NCBI GenBank assembly: GCA_964637845.1
Contig: CAZWXI010000003.1
Span: 27,859 to 91,858, forward strand
Source: an uncultured Hyphomicrobiales bacterium
GTDB lineage: Bacteria; Bacteroidota; Ignavibacteria; Kapaibacteriales; UBA2268
Reading direction: 5' to 3'
Length of the DNA stretch: 64,000 bases
Under the pieces are notes generated by a model. It had not been told where the DNA came from and made no database searches. It was given only the letters and a program-made list of their open reading frames with translations. Positions 8,604 to 18,683 of the stretch are shown piece by piece; the first letter of the stretch is position 1, and each line of letters starts with the position of its first letter. Both the position numbers and the translations under genes were made by a program.

Positions 8604-11600
8604 ATGTTAAAGTTAAACTTTTTGAATTTTTTTTTATTTATATCTTGTGCTTTTATATTAAAATCTCAGGATGAAAAGCCATTTCTGATAGATTTTGGAG
8701 ATGAACATGTAACAGATGAGCAAATCGGAACTCTAACAAGAGGTATAAATCACTTCCAAATGTATCTTTCTCCAGGTCAGACAATAAACGATAAAAGAAG
8801 TGAATTACTTATTAACACTGTGAATGGCAATGTCTTCTATCGCAGAAATGATATTCTAATACATGGCGCCCCCTTCCCTATTAGCGTATCATTTTCTTAC
8901 AACAGTACAAGCAGTTTTAAAGGAAGATACGGATATAAATGGCAATTTTCTTACAATATTCAATATGTAGCAAACAACTTCAACAGCAATTTGATTATTC
9001 ATCTTAGTGACGGTAAAACCGAACTCTATATAGCACAAGATAGCGTATATATTCCTTTTTATGGAGCAGAAGGTAAACTTAAATTTAAAGATACGGCACT
9101 CTACTATCAGGCGAATTCAATGAAATCACTGCAAATCGAAAAGCCACTTGATTTGAAATTTGGAGGTGTTGGTCATAATTATATAACACGTATTTCAGAT
9201 ATGTTTGGAAATGCCATAGAACTAGAATATATCTCGAAAAGATTGAGCCGAGTTATTTTTCCTAACAATGGCACCCTTGAACTATCATACGAAAAGGAGC
9301 TATTGGCAGAAATTAACTATTCGAACGCATACAAAATTAATTTCAAGTATGACGAAAGTGAAAATTTAATAGAAGTTAATCATCCGTCAGATGAAACTTA
9401 CAAATACGAATATGATACTGAATGCAATTTGCTGACAAAAATCATCTATCCCGATGGGCGGCATGTTAAGATAGATTATGATAATAATCTTGCAGTTTCC
9501 GGGCTTCTAATAAACGATTCACTTCAGTACACATTTGATTTAAACTTGCAATCTGACAGCTTTGATGCAAAATTACCAAATGATTGGACATATAGTTTTT
9601 TGAGTGATAGTTTGTTTAGAACCATTGCAAAATCTGACCCGGCAGGCAATATAACTGAATATCAATATGATTTGAACAATAGATTGATTGCCATTGAACG
9701 TCCCGGCGAAGCAACTACACGCTATTTCTACAATGATGACGGCTTAATGATAATTAAGATAGACCCTCTTAATAGGCAATCATCATACTCATATTCAAAA
9801 TTGGGGTTGATAGAAAGTTATACCGATGCCGAGAATAATACATGGAATATTTTGAGGGACTTTTATGGAAAAATCAAAGAAATAGCATCAGTTAGTTATT
9901 CTTATCGTTATTCATTTGACGAATCCAATCGCTTGACAACTTTTTCTTTCGGTGATTCGAAGTTTCATTTTGAAAATGACAAACAAAGAAACTTGCTTCG
10001 GATCAGCTTTGATAGGGACATCATTTATGACTTTAGATTCGATAAATTTTCAAAATTAACATCACTCACCAAACCGGATAGAAGTTTATATCTATTTGAT
10101 TACGACAAAACTGGAAATATGATTGCAATATCATATCCAAACGGAAGCATAAGGAAATTTGAGTATGACAAATCAGGAAGAATTTTAACCTTGACCGAGC
10201 GTGACAATACAAAATTTACTTTCGGATACGATTACGCAGGGCGCTTTAACTCATATACATTAGCTAATACTTTATATTTCTCTATTAAATATGGTTCCTT
10301 TGGAAACTTTTCGATTTTTAGAGGCACGCAAGTTTTAGGAGATTATCATTACGGAAAAAATTTCAAGCTGACTGGGCTGTTAAGTGCTTACCATCAATCT
10401 TTTGACTACGATGAAAGAGATAATTTGATAGTTCATAAAATTGAAAACGATATATTCAAACAGCAGAGATTTAATCTGAATGATGAACTTATCGAACGTA
10501 ATCAAGGAGGTTCTGTACAAACATTTAGGTATGATAAAATGTCGCGACCGGTTAGCATTGCTTCTGCTATTGGAAGATATGAATACACTTGGGACGAGCT
10601 GTCAAATTTAAAGCAAGTTCTTGCGCCCCATAATTTGGGGTTCTATATCAAATATAATCTTTTTTCGCAGCCGGAGAGTATTTTACGACAAAACTCAAGT
10701 TTTATAACTTATGGTTATGACAAAATTGGTAATCTGATATTAATCAACAAAAGTGGCGGTGACAATATCACCCAAAATTATGACATATCTGGTAATCTTA
10801 TAAGAACGACAAAAAATAATTTAGTACCTGTTAATTATACTTACGATTTAGGGGGACTAATAAAAACTATTAATAATGGTCTAATGAGTTTAGAATATGA
10901 CTATGATAATTGCGACCGAATAACGACTATAGTCCGAAATGGCAAGAGTTTTAAGCAATATAGTTACAATAATATTGGAAAAGTTAGCGACATCATTTCT
11001 TACAATGCAAAAACCAGTTATACTTACGATAATCTTGGTAAACTAAACTCAGTCACTAATAATGGATTAACTCACCGATTTAATCATTTCCCTCGTTCAC
11101 TTGTTGTTTCATATTTCAATGCTTTCAACTATCAGTATTCATATAATGAACGTGGTTTGTTATCAACTATAACAAATCCTGATAACGACGAACTGCGATT
11201 AATCTATAATTCCAATTTCAGGTTAAATGAAATTTTTCTTGATAACGATAACAGATTTAAAATCGAATATACGGGTGGAAGTTTATTAAGTTCAATGATT
11301 GATGGAACTGATAGAAGATTCAATTTTTACTATACAAACTCAGGAAGGCTATTAAGCATTACTGACCCAAACTTCAACTCAACCGGTATCATTCATGATA
11401 TTTACGGCAATATAACATCCTATTCATTACCGGGTAATGCTACTATCTCGTTATCCTATGATAAAGACCGTATTGAAAAAATCATTTTTCCGGGGAATGA
11501 TTCGCTTAAATACTCCTACAATCAATATGGAGATTTAATTAGCATAACTAACGAAAAGAACAATACAACTTACTATCAGTACAATACATTCGGTAAATTA

Positions 11601-14600
11601 TCTAAAGTTGGTGATAATTCACTTTCACAGTATTTCTATTACGATGATAATTTAAGAACGTCAAAAATAGTACTAAATTATGATTCTTTAAAATTTTTAT
11701 ATGATGATAACAAAGTTATCGGGATCACACTAAACGATTTGAAATTCGACTTACAATATACCAACGATAGATTAAATAGCATTTCCATTAATTCCAAACC
11801 CATTGTTACCATAACTTATGATGATTTCGGTTTACTTGCTTCTTTTACTAATAATTTCGGTTTCAAAGAAACTTATCAAAATTCCCACATAGGTTTAATA
11901 AATAAAGTTACTGATTTTATCAACAATGATATTGATAAGTTCTATGATAAATTGGGTAGAATTTTAACTATCAGGTATTCTCATGGCTCATTAGAGAGGT
12001 TTGGATATACCAAAAATGGTCTATTAGAAAGTTTCAGAAATAGAGATTTTTCGGAGTTCTTTGTTAGGTATAATAAAAGCAATTTACCCATTAAGTTCAT
12101 TATCAACAGATTCGATTCATTGACTTTTAATTACAACTCCTCGGGAGATATTGTTGAAATAATCAATCCATCGGGGACAGCAAACAAATTTCTTTACAAT
12201 ACTTTGGGTCAGTTGTCAGCATACATTGCCCCAAATAGCTCTTCAATCAATTTCCTTTATTCAAAATCTGCTAACGAGATTAAAGTTTTCACAACAATCG
12301 GTGACACCACTTCTTATGGTTTGGATAGATACAATCGAATAGTTTACATGAGAGACAAATCTGGAAGAACTTTCTTAAATAATCGTGGTCATACAGGTAC
12401 ATTATTCAGTAAAACAATTAATTCCGATACAACATACTCAATCAACTACGATAAGAATTTCAGAACAACTGAAATCAAAAAACATGACTTGATACACAGC
12501 TTTGAGTATGATTTAACCAATTTTGCGCCGAAATCAATATTGTTAAATGGCACGAAATATACCTTTAGTTTATCGGGTAATTCCATTAATTTATATCAAC
12601 AAAATCATCTTAATTCAACAATTAACTTTGACGGTAAATTATTACCTCGTAAGCTGGATTTTCCGCGAATTGGCAATTATTATTACACATATGATGAAAA
12701 CTTTAATTTAAGTCAGCAGATTGACGATATAATACACCCGAACACTTTTCAATTTTCTCCGTACGGTAATATTCTCGGGTTCATGAGAAACACAATTTTG
12801 TTCCCATTTGAATATGACATTAAATCAAATCTCGTCAAGTCAACCAGCCCAATGATAGATTATTCATTCTTCTATGACAATAATAATAATTTGATTATCG
12901 CAGGATTGCCTACTTCATTCGAGTTGAATTTCGATTATAATACGGCTGACCGCCTCAAAACAAGAACTGACCAGTCCGGAAGCATAAACTATTATGAATA
13001 TAATAAGATGGGCAAAACAGAGCGATACTCAAATCCATCTCTGTTTGTAAATGAAATAACTCTTGAATATGATTTAGCCGATAGAGTTAAAACTCAAAAC
13101 ACGAAATATGAGCAATCTGTAAATAAAGCAATCTTTTCTTATGAACCATTGAACAGGTTAGACCAAATCATTTATAAAGACAAAATATATCTTGAGGTAA
13201 AGCGAAACAAGTTTCAAAGAATCGATACATCGTATTCTGCAAGCGGGATTAAAATTATTTCCAAATATGATGAATTCCATAGACTAGTGAGTTTAGAGTA
13301 TCCCAACAATATAAGTATATCATATGAATACGGTATTTTTAATAAAGTCTCAAAGATTACTGTTAAGCAAGCTTCTATTATTCAAGAAGTCTATAACTAC
13401 GAATATGATAATTTAGGGCGGCTTATAACAGTCAAGTCCAACAATGACTCAATAGTATTTAAAGCAACTTACACGAGCCGCCATCAATATAAATCTTTTG
13501 AATCGGAAAATGGGAAAATGAATTTCACCTATAACTCAGGGGCCCGTTTAGTTTCACTAACAGAAAATGAAATTAGTAGAAGTATAGGTTATGGGGCTTA
13601 TTCAATTTTTCCAATTCGTATCGGTAGCCACAAAATCACTTCAACAAGCAAAGGAAACGTAACCTCGATTTCTAAAGATAACAATGAAACACTATACTAT
13701 TACGATAACGAGAGTAAATTAATCGGGATGATAGATACAACAGGCGTTTATACTTCTTTTCATTATAATCCACTTGGCAAATTGGTTAGAATAATATCAA
13801 CAGATACCATCGATTTAGAATATGTAAAATTTAGGGATAATGACCTTTTTTATCCCCAAATAAATGTCAATGGCTTAAAAAAAGCTACATATTACTACCA
13901 AGAATTGTTTGATGCTATGATACCGCTTAGTGCAAAAATAGACGGCACAACTTTCACCTTCATTGAAGATGAATTCGGTAATCGGTTGGGATATATTGCA
14001 AGCGATTCATTAATTTTAGAACCTCGATTTGATTATTTCGACTTTAGTTCGCCAAACGAATTTATACCAACCCGCCGATTTATACCAATTGTAGGAACAA
14101 ATTTAAAGTATGACGGCGATAATTTTTATAATGCTGATTTAGGAATGTACATAACAAATAACAACAATAAGTTCGGCTATTCATCACCTTTCTTGGAACC
14201 AATCTGTACAAGTGACAAAGATGAAAAATTTACAAATCAAGTTTCATATCAAATAGATTCGAAACTAATAATTGGTGGTTCTGAACGACATTCTAAACAC
14301 ATCGACAAGATACTTGATGGTAACATACTTTCAAATTTGGTTAAGAACGAAATAAATACTCAATTTAATAATTTTTTAACTTTCAAAGTATCAGCCGATG
14401 TCAAAGAGCCAAAAGCCAAGTACCCCTTGCTTATGCCCAACGATATTCTTCAAGTTCTTTATCTTGATATAATCAATGCCCCATGTAATCGAAATATTGA
14501 ATTGATGCCCGAAGGAATATCTTATCTTTCTGATACCGTATTCCAAAAAGCCTATCAGGGAATTAATATTGACAAGCTCATTAACCTACCTAAGCAAAAT

Positions 14601-15203
14601 TCTTCTAATCTTGAAAATATTCTTGAAATACTTAAATATTTAGATTATTCTGGTGATGACCAGTTGGTAAGAGTTTTGAATTTAATAAGAAGAATTTTAA
14701 ACATAGGAGAAATCATCTTACCCTCGAACGTAATTGACATATCCCCTATTAATGCATCTTTAGGATTTGTGGATTCTGTTTTAAAAGCAGAAGATTATGT
14801 CCACAAAATTATCACAAGTAGCCAAGAAATTTCACCGGTCCAGCAATCAATTGATAATGTTATCAAGGTTTTAGAGCAATACAAAAATTCACTCAAGCCG
14901 CCCACGAAACAAGATAATTGTATTGCGGTTGATATTTTATCACCAACAATTAAGAGTTATAAGCCAAATTATATTTATACTGATTACACACCCTCGATAT
15001 ATTATGATTTCATGGATGTTCAGTACTCCAATTTCAGTAGGATTTTTAGTGTAATTTCTAACTACAATAAACCTTTCAGATTACTGCCTTCATTGAATTA
15101 CGACAGCAATATTGTATTGCCCATTTATTTTGATACACTTGACGATATAAACTTGAAATATCTCAGACCTGTGTTCAAAAATTATTTTGACTTTTTACGT
15201 TAA
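8604..15203 (+). CDS. Rhs/YD-repeat protein with signal peptide and an uncharacterised C-terminal domain
   Basis: Dozens of YD repeats, for example YKYEYDTECNLLTKIIYPDGRHVKIDYD, YQYDLNNRLIAIERPGEATTRYFYNDDGLMI and YSYNNIGKVSDII. An N-terminal plug-like segment (LINTVNGNVFYRRNDILIHGAPFPISVSFSYNS...YGYKWQFSY) resembles DUF6531. A signal-peptide-like MLKLNFLNFFLFISCAFILKSQ begins at ATG 8604; an alternative ATG lies at 8559. Confidence 0.9.
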   Translation: MLKLNFLNFFLFISCAFILKSQDEKPFLIDFGDEHVTDEQIGTLTRGINHFQMYLSPGQTINDKRSELLINTVNGNVFYRRNDILIHGAPFPISVSFSYNSTSSFKGRYGYKWQFSYNIQYVANNFNSNLIIHLSDGKTELYIAQDSVYIPFYGAEGKLKFKDTALYYQANSMKSLQIEKPLDLKFGGVGHNYITRISDMFGNAIELEYISKRLSRVIFPNNGTLELSYEKELLAEINYSNAYKINFKYDESENLIEVNHPSDETYKYEYDTECNLLTKIIYPDGRHVKIDYDNNLAVSGLLINDSLQYTFDLNLQSDSFDAKLPNDWTYSFLSDSLFRTIAKSDPAGNITEYQYDLNNRLIAIERPGEATTRYFYNDDGLMIIKIDPLNRQSSYSYSKLGLIESYTDAENNTWNILRDFYGKIKEIASVSYSYRYSFDESNRLTTFSFGDSKFHFENDKQRNLLRISFDRDIIYDFRFDKFSKLTSLTKPDRSLYLFDYDKTGNMIAISYPNGSIRKFEYDKSGRILTLTERDNTKFTFGYDYAGRFNSYTLANTLYFSIKYGSFGNFSIFRGTQVLGDYHYGKNFKLTGLLSAYHQSFDYDERDNLIVHKIENDIFKQQRFNLNDELIERNQGGSVQTFRYDKMSRPVSIASAIGRYEYTWDELSNLKQVLAPHNLGFYIKYNLFSQPESILRQNSSFITYGYDKIGNLILINKSGGDNITQNYDISGNLIRTTKNNLVPVNYTYDLGGLIKTINNGLMSLEYDYDNCDRITTIVRNGKSFKQYSYNNIGKVSDIISYNAKTSYTYDNLGKLNSVTNNGLTHRFNHFPRSLVVSYFNAFNYQYSYNERGLLSTITNPDNDELRLIYNSNFRLNEIFLDNDNRFKIEYTGGSLLSSMIDGTDRRFNFYYTNSGRLLSITDPNFNSTGIIHDIYGNITSYSLPGNATISLSYDKDRIEKIIFPGNDSLKYSYNQYGDLISITNEKNNTTYYQYNTFGKLSKVGDNSLSQYFYYDDNLRTSKIVLNYDSLKFLYDDNKVIGITLNDLKFDLQYTNDRLNSISINSKPIVTITYDDFGLLASFTNNFGFKETYQNSHIGLINKVTDFINNDIDKFYDKLGRILTIRYSHGSLERFGYTKNGLLESFRNRDFSEFFVRYNKSNLPIKFIINRFDSLTFNYNSSGDIVEIINPSGTANKFLYNTLGQLSAYIAPNSSSINFLYSKSANEIKVFTTIGDTTSYGLDRYNRIVYMRDKSGRTFLNNRGHTGTLFSKTINSDTTYSINYDKNFRTTEIKKHDLIHSFEYDLTNFAPKSILLNGTKYTFSLSGNSINLYQQNHLNSTINFDGKLLPRKLDFPRIGNYYYTYDENFNLSQQIDDIIHPNTFQFSPYGNILGFMRNTILFPFEYDIKSNLVKSTSPMIDYSFFYDNNNNLIIAGLPTSFELNFDYNTADRLKTRTDQSGSINYYEYNKMGKTERYSNPSLFVNEITLEYDLADRVKTQNTKYEQSVNKAIFSYEPLNRLDQIIYKDKIYLEVKRNKFQRIDTSYSASGIKIISKYDEFHRLVSLEYPNNISISYEYGIFNKVSKITVKQASIIQEVYNYEYDNLGRLITVKSNNDSIVFKATYTSRHQYKSFESENGKMNFTYNSGARLVSLTENEISRSIGYGAYSIFPIRIGSHKITSTSKGNVTSISKDNNETLYYYDNESKLIGMIDTTGVYTSFHYNPLGKLVRIISTDTIDLEYVKFRDNDLFYPQINVNGLKKATYYYQELFDAMIPLSAKIDGTTFTFIEDEFGNRLGYIASDSLILEPRFDYFDFSSPNEFIPTRRFIPIVGTNLKYDGDNFYNADLGMYITNNNNKFGYSSPFLEPICTSDKDEKFTNQVSYQIDSKLIIGGSERHSKHIDKILDGNILSNLVKNEINTQFNNFLTFKVSADVKEPKAKYPLLMPNDILQVLYLDIINAPCNRNIELMPEGISYLSDTVFQKAYQGINIDKLINLPKQNSSNLENILEILKYLDYSGDDQLVRVLNLIRRILNIGEIILPSNVIDISPINASLGFVDSVLKAEDYVHKIITSSQEISPVQQSIDNVIKVLEQYKNSLKPPTKQDNCIAVDILSPTIKSYKPNYIYTDYTPSIYYDFMDVQYSNFSRIFSVISNYNKPFRLLPSLNYDSNIVLPIYFDTLDDINLKYLRPVFKNYFDFLR

Positions 15204-15239
15204 TATATAGTATTTAGGATTAGAACTAAACCAACTTTC

Positions 15240-16871
15240 ATGAAAATTATCAAAAAACTACAAATTTCAGCAGTTGTCATTCTGATTTCCATCCATTGCA
15301 GTGGATGCTCAAGCAGTTTACCAAAAGCAAAGTATGATATCGAATATATACTTGCAAAAGATTTCATTGTACCAATCGATACTAGCTATTTAAAGAAAGT
15401 GGCTATCAGTCATGTTGTTCGTGGCTCATCACTTCAAAATAAAGACGAACACGCATTGGCGGCTCTTGAGTTTTTAGATGCCTTACGGCACGATGAAAGC
15501 GCAGGTATTTACTTTGCTCTCGCCAATTCGTATCGAAAGACATATAAATTCGAATTAGCCATAGATGCATTAAAGAAAGCTCTTACTTTGAATAATGATT
15601 TTGAACCCGCCTATATTTTATTAGCTGAAATACTACTTCCGTTAAAGCAATACCAAGAAGCAATACGCATTCTTGAATTATGTTATGAAAAATTCAAACG
15701 CGAGGAAATGCTGCTTTACATTGCAAGTGTATATGAGTACTTCGATGCAAAGAAAGCTCTTGAATACTACGACAGAATACCTAAGGATAAACTTGATTTA
15801 TATACACTACACAAAATCGGAGAGCTTGCTCGCTCGATTGAGGATTTTGAACGCTTTACCAATGCATTAAATCTAATGATAGAAAAAGCTCCCGATAATT
15901 ATGCCCCACATTCCGGATTGGTGGAATATTATTTAATGATTGATTCACTAAAATCAGCTTTGGATATGGTTATTTCAACTGAAAAACGGTGGACTTTCGA
16001 GCAACAAAGAGCATTATACTCACAAATAGGCATATATTTTTTAAATCGCCTGTTCCCTATTGATACAACTCAAGCAATACGATTCATAAACAAAATTGAC
16101 AATAGATTCGAATTTGAAGATTTTTTGCGATTTACTGCAGGTACCGTTGCACAACAAATTGGTGATACAACAAAAGCAGACAAACATCTAGGGCATTTGC
16201 TGCGTAATTCCGATAACGAAGCATTTAGTCCTGTCGAAATTGCACGTGTTTACTTATTTGGAAATCGTTACGATAAAGTACTCTCTACATTACTTAATTA
16301 CGATAATATTGAACAAGATGCAAGGGTCCCTCATTTCATTGGAATAGCGAAAATGCAGACCAATCGCTATGCCGACGCTGAACCTTATATGCTTGAAGCT
16401 CTAAAGCTGGAGCCAAATAATGCCGATATTATTGGCAGTCTAGGTTACATTTATCATGAACTCAATGAAATTGAAAAATCTGATGAGTATTTTAAAAGAG
16501 CTTTGGTCTTAATGCCCGAAAGCGCTATGCTGAACAACAATTACGCTTATACTATGGCAGAACAAGGAAGAGACTTGCAAAAAGCTAAAAAAATGTCTGA
16601 GTTTTCAATTCTGAAAGAACCAGACAACGCATCCTATTTGGATACTTACGGATGGATTTTATATAAGCTGGGAGATTTAGAAAAAGCGTTAAAATACTTA
16701 CAGAAAGCTTATAATAACAAGACTGAAGCTTCTGTTGAGATATATTTGCATTTGATTGAAGTTTATGTTAAATTAAATGATACACGAAATGCCCAAAAAA
16801 TCTATTCTGAGGCATTAGATTTGTTTCCAACTAATAAAAAATTATTAGATTTGTCTAATGAAATTAAGTAA
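15240..16871 (+). CDS. TPR-repeat protein, probable lipoprotein or exported protein
   Basis: N-terminal hydrophobic segment ending in Cys residues (VVILISIHCSGCSS). Repeated 34-aa TPR-like units follow, for example YFALANSYRKTYKFELAIDALKKALTLNNDFEPAY and LGYIYHELNEIEKSDEYFKRALVLMPE. Confidence 0.75.
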   Translation: MKIIKKLQISAVVILISIHCSGCSSSLPKAKYDIEYILAKDFIVPIDTSYLKKVAISHVVRGSSLQNKDEHALAALEFLDALRHDESAGIYFALANSYRKTYKFELAIDALKKALTLNNDFEPAYILLAEILLPLKQYQEAIRILELCYEKFKREEMLLYIASVYEYFDAKKALEYYDRIPKDKLDLYTLHKIGELARSIEDFERFTNALNLMIEKAPDNYAPHSGLVEYYLMIDSLKSALDMVISTEKRWTFEQQRALYSQIGIYFLNRLFPIDTTQAIRFINKIDNRFEFEDFLRFTAGTVAQQIGDTTKADKHLGHLLRNSDNEAFSPVEIARVYLFGNRYDKVLSTLLNYDNIEQDARVPHFIGIAKMQTNRYADAEPYMLEALKLEPNNADIIGSLGYIYHELNEIEKSDEYFKRALVLMPESAMLNNNYAYTMAEQGRDLQKAKKMSEFSILKEPDNASYLDTYGWILYKLGDLEKALKYLQKAYNNKTEASVEIYLHLIEVYVKLNDTRNAQKIYSEALDLFPTNKKLLDLSNEIK

Positions 16872-16904
16872 ATAATCCAAATCCTTAATCAAATAGGATA
16901 AATA

Positions 16905-17765
16905 ATGTTTGTAATTATAGGTATCATCATAGTTTTTGTTTGTGTATTCGGAGGATTTTTCTGGGCAGCTGAATTTAATCCCGATGCAGTCGCATTCTTC
17001 CTGCACCCATATGAATACATCATTATTGGTGGAGCGGCAATTGGTTCAATGTTGATTGCTAACTCCAAAGAACTAAACACACGTATCATAAAGGGCGCCA
17101 TCGGGACAATGAAAGGAGCGGGAGTCAACAAACAGGCATTTATTGAGTTGTTGAAAATGCTCTATGAGTTGTTCCAGTTTGCAAAACGAGAGGGTTTAAT
17201 TGCATTAGAACAACACATCGAAAACCCTGAATCAAGCTCCATTATTTCCAAATACCCTTCATTTTTGGCAAATCATCATGCTGTTGATTTTCTTTGCGAC
17301 ACACTAAAGGTAGTTTTGTCTGGTGGTGTGCCCGCTCATGAATTAGAGGAATTGATGGATATTGATTTGGAAAACATTCATCAGGAAGAGCATCATCCAC
17401 CTGCCGCCTTAACAGTTGTATCCGATGCCTTACCCGGATTAGGCATTGTAGCTGCCGTTTTGGGTATCATAGTAACGATGTTATCAATTACAGAAGGCGC
17501 TGAAACAGTTGGCAAAAAAGTTGGCGGGGCGCTTGTTGGTACATTTATGGGAGTGCTGTTGGCTTACGGTTTTGTTGGTCCCATTGCGCGAAATATGGAA
17601 AGAGCCGTCGAGCAGGAAGCAAAGTACTTAGAATGTATCAAAGCCGCTCTACTTGCATTCGCTAAAAGCATGCCTCCGACGGTTGCAATTGAATATGGAC
17701 GCAGAGCAATTGACCCGCATCATAGACCAAGTTTCAAGGAAACAGAAGAAGCTATAAAAGGTTAA
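16905..17765 (+). CDS. motA: flagellar motor stator protein MotA
   Basis: Colinear with E. coli MotA as I recall it: N-terminal TM hairpin, SDALPGLGIVAAVLGIIVTM, GTFMGVLLAYGFVGP, AIEYGRR and HRPSFKETEE. AGGA lies 8 nt upstream of the ATG. Confidence 0.92.
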   Translation: MFVIIGIIIVFVCVFGGFFWAAEFNPDAVAFFLHPYEYIIIGGAAIGSMLIANSKELNTRIIKGAIGTMKGAGVNKQAFIELLKMLYELFQFAKREGLIALEQHIENPESSSIISKYPSFLANHHAVDFLCDTLKVVLSGGVPAHELEELMDIDLENIHQEEHHPPAALTVVSDALPGLGIVAAVLGIIVTMLSITEGAETVGKKVGGALVGTFMGVLLAYGFVGPIARNMERAVEQEAKYLECIKAALLAFAKSMPPTVAIEYGRRAIDPHHRPSFKETEEAIKG

Positions 17766-17772
17766 ACCCCAA

Positions 17773-18675
17773 ATGTCTGAGCAAAAAAGTCAAAAAGAAC
17801 AACCTATTATCATTAAAAAGATAAAAAAGGGCGGACATGCACACCACGGAGGTGCATGGAAAGTCGCGTATGCTGACTTCGTGACCGCTATGATGGCATT
17901 TTTTATCGTTATGTGGATTTTAGCTTCATCCGAAGAAGTCAAAATGAAAGTTGCCGAGTATTTCCAACATCCCGATAGATTTGAACTATTTTCAGGAAAG
18001 AAAAAATCTGGCCCGGTACCGATTGAACTCGATTTTGAATCATCACGCAGAAGAATGGAAGGCGATGACCAGGGTGCGGGTGAATCGTTTATCAAATTTG
18101 ACCAAGCAACTACTGATACATTATATCAACGATTACTTAATAAGGCAGTCCAAGATTCTATATTAGCTCAAGAACGAGTAGAGCAAATAGGCGATGAACT
18201 GAAAAAGAGATTTGCTCAGATAATGACTCAAAAACCCGAATTGGAGGAAATACTATCATCCATAAAAATTGAGATGACTAAAGAGGGCCTCAGAATTGAA
18301 TTAATCGAAAGTACCGAATCACTATTTTTTGAGGTTGGTAGTAGTAAACTCAGTCCTGCAGCATTAGATATTTTGCGAACTCTCGGGAGGGAAATCGGGA
18401 AATTACCCAATTTTGTTGACATTGAAGGTCATACAGACAGTCGCGGGTACCGAACTCCGAGCGATTATGGTAACTGGGAATTATCATCCGACAGAGCAAA
18501 TGCCGCAAGAAGAGTTTTGGAGAGAGAAGGTTTCTGGGATGGGCAGATTGCTCAAGTAAAAGGGTTCGCAGACAAAAAATTGCGCAATCCAGAAAATCCT
18601 TTTGACATGAGTAATCGCAGAATTAGCATACTAATCAAACATATGAATGTTGACCAATTCCTCCCACAATTATAG
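17773..18675 (+). CDS. motB: flagellar motor stator protein MotB (OmpA-like C-terminal domain)
   Basis: GGAWKVAYADFVTAMMAFFIVMWIL contains the conserved plug/TM segment and proton-binding Asp. The C-terminal peptidoglycan-binding domain is recognisable (IEGHTDSRGY...NWELSSDRANAARRVL). Confidence 0.9.
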   Translation: MSEQKSQKEQPIIIKKIKKGGHAHHGGAWKVAYADFVTAMMAFFIVMWILASSEEVKMKVAEYFQHPDRFELFSGKKKSGPVPIELDFESSRRRMEGDDQGAGESFIKFDQATTDTLYQRLLNKAVQDSILAQERVEQIGDELKKRFAQIMTQKPELEEILSSIKIEMTKEGLRIELIESTESLFFEVGSSKLSPAALDILRTLGREIGKLPNFVDIEGHTDSRGYRTPSDYGNWELSSDRANAARRVLEREGFWDGQIAQVKGFADKKLRNPENPFDMSNRRISILIKHMNVDQFLPQL

Positions 18676-18683
18676 GTGTTGAC

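Noticed and set aside
16402-16429. A sigma-28 (FliA)-like promoter, TAAA-N16-GCCGATAT, upstream of motA.
   Set aside because: It lies inside the TPR coding region about 475 nt upstream of the motA ATG. The spacer is one base longer than the enterobacterial consensus. The FliA consensus for this lineage is unknown to me. A single near-match is within chance expectation.
4211-18675. The idea that the TM/coiled-coil giant protein or the MotAB pair is a Zorya-like (ZorA/ZorB) defence stator.
   Set aside because: The 1,170-aa protein has no MotA/ExbB channel motifs. MotA (286 aa) and MotB are colinear with flagellar stators and lack the long ZorA tail. No ZorC/D-type nuclease or helicase genes are present.
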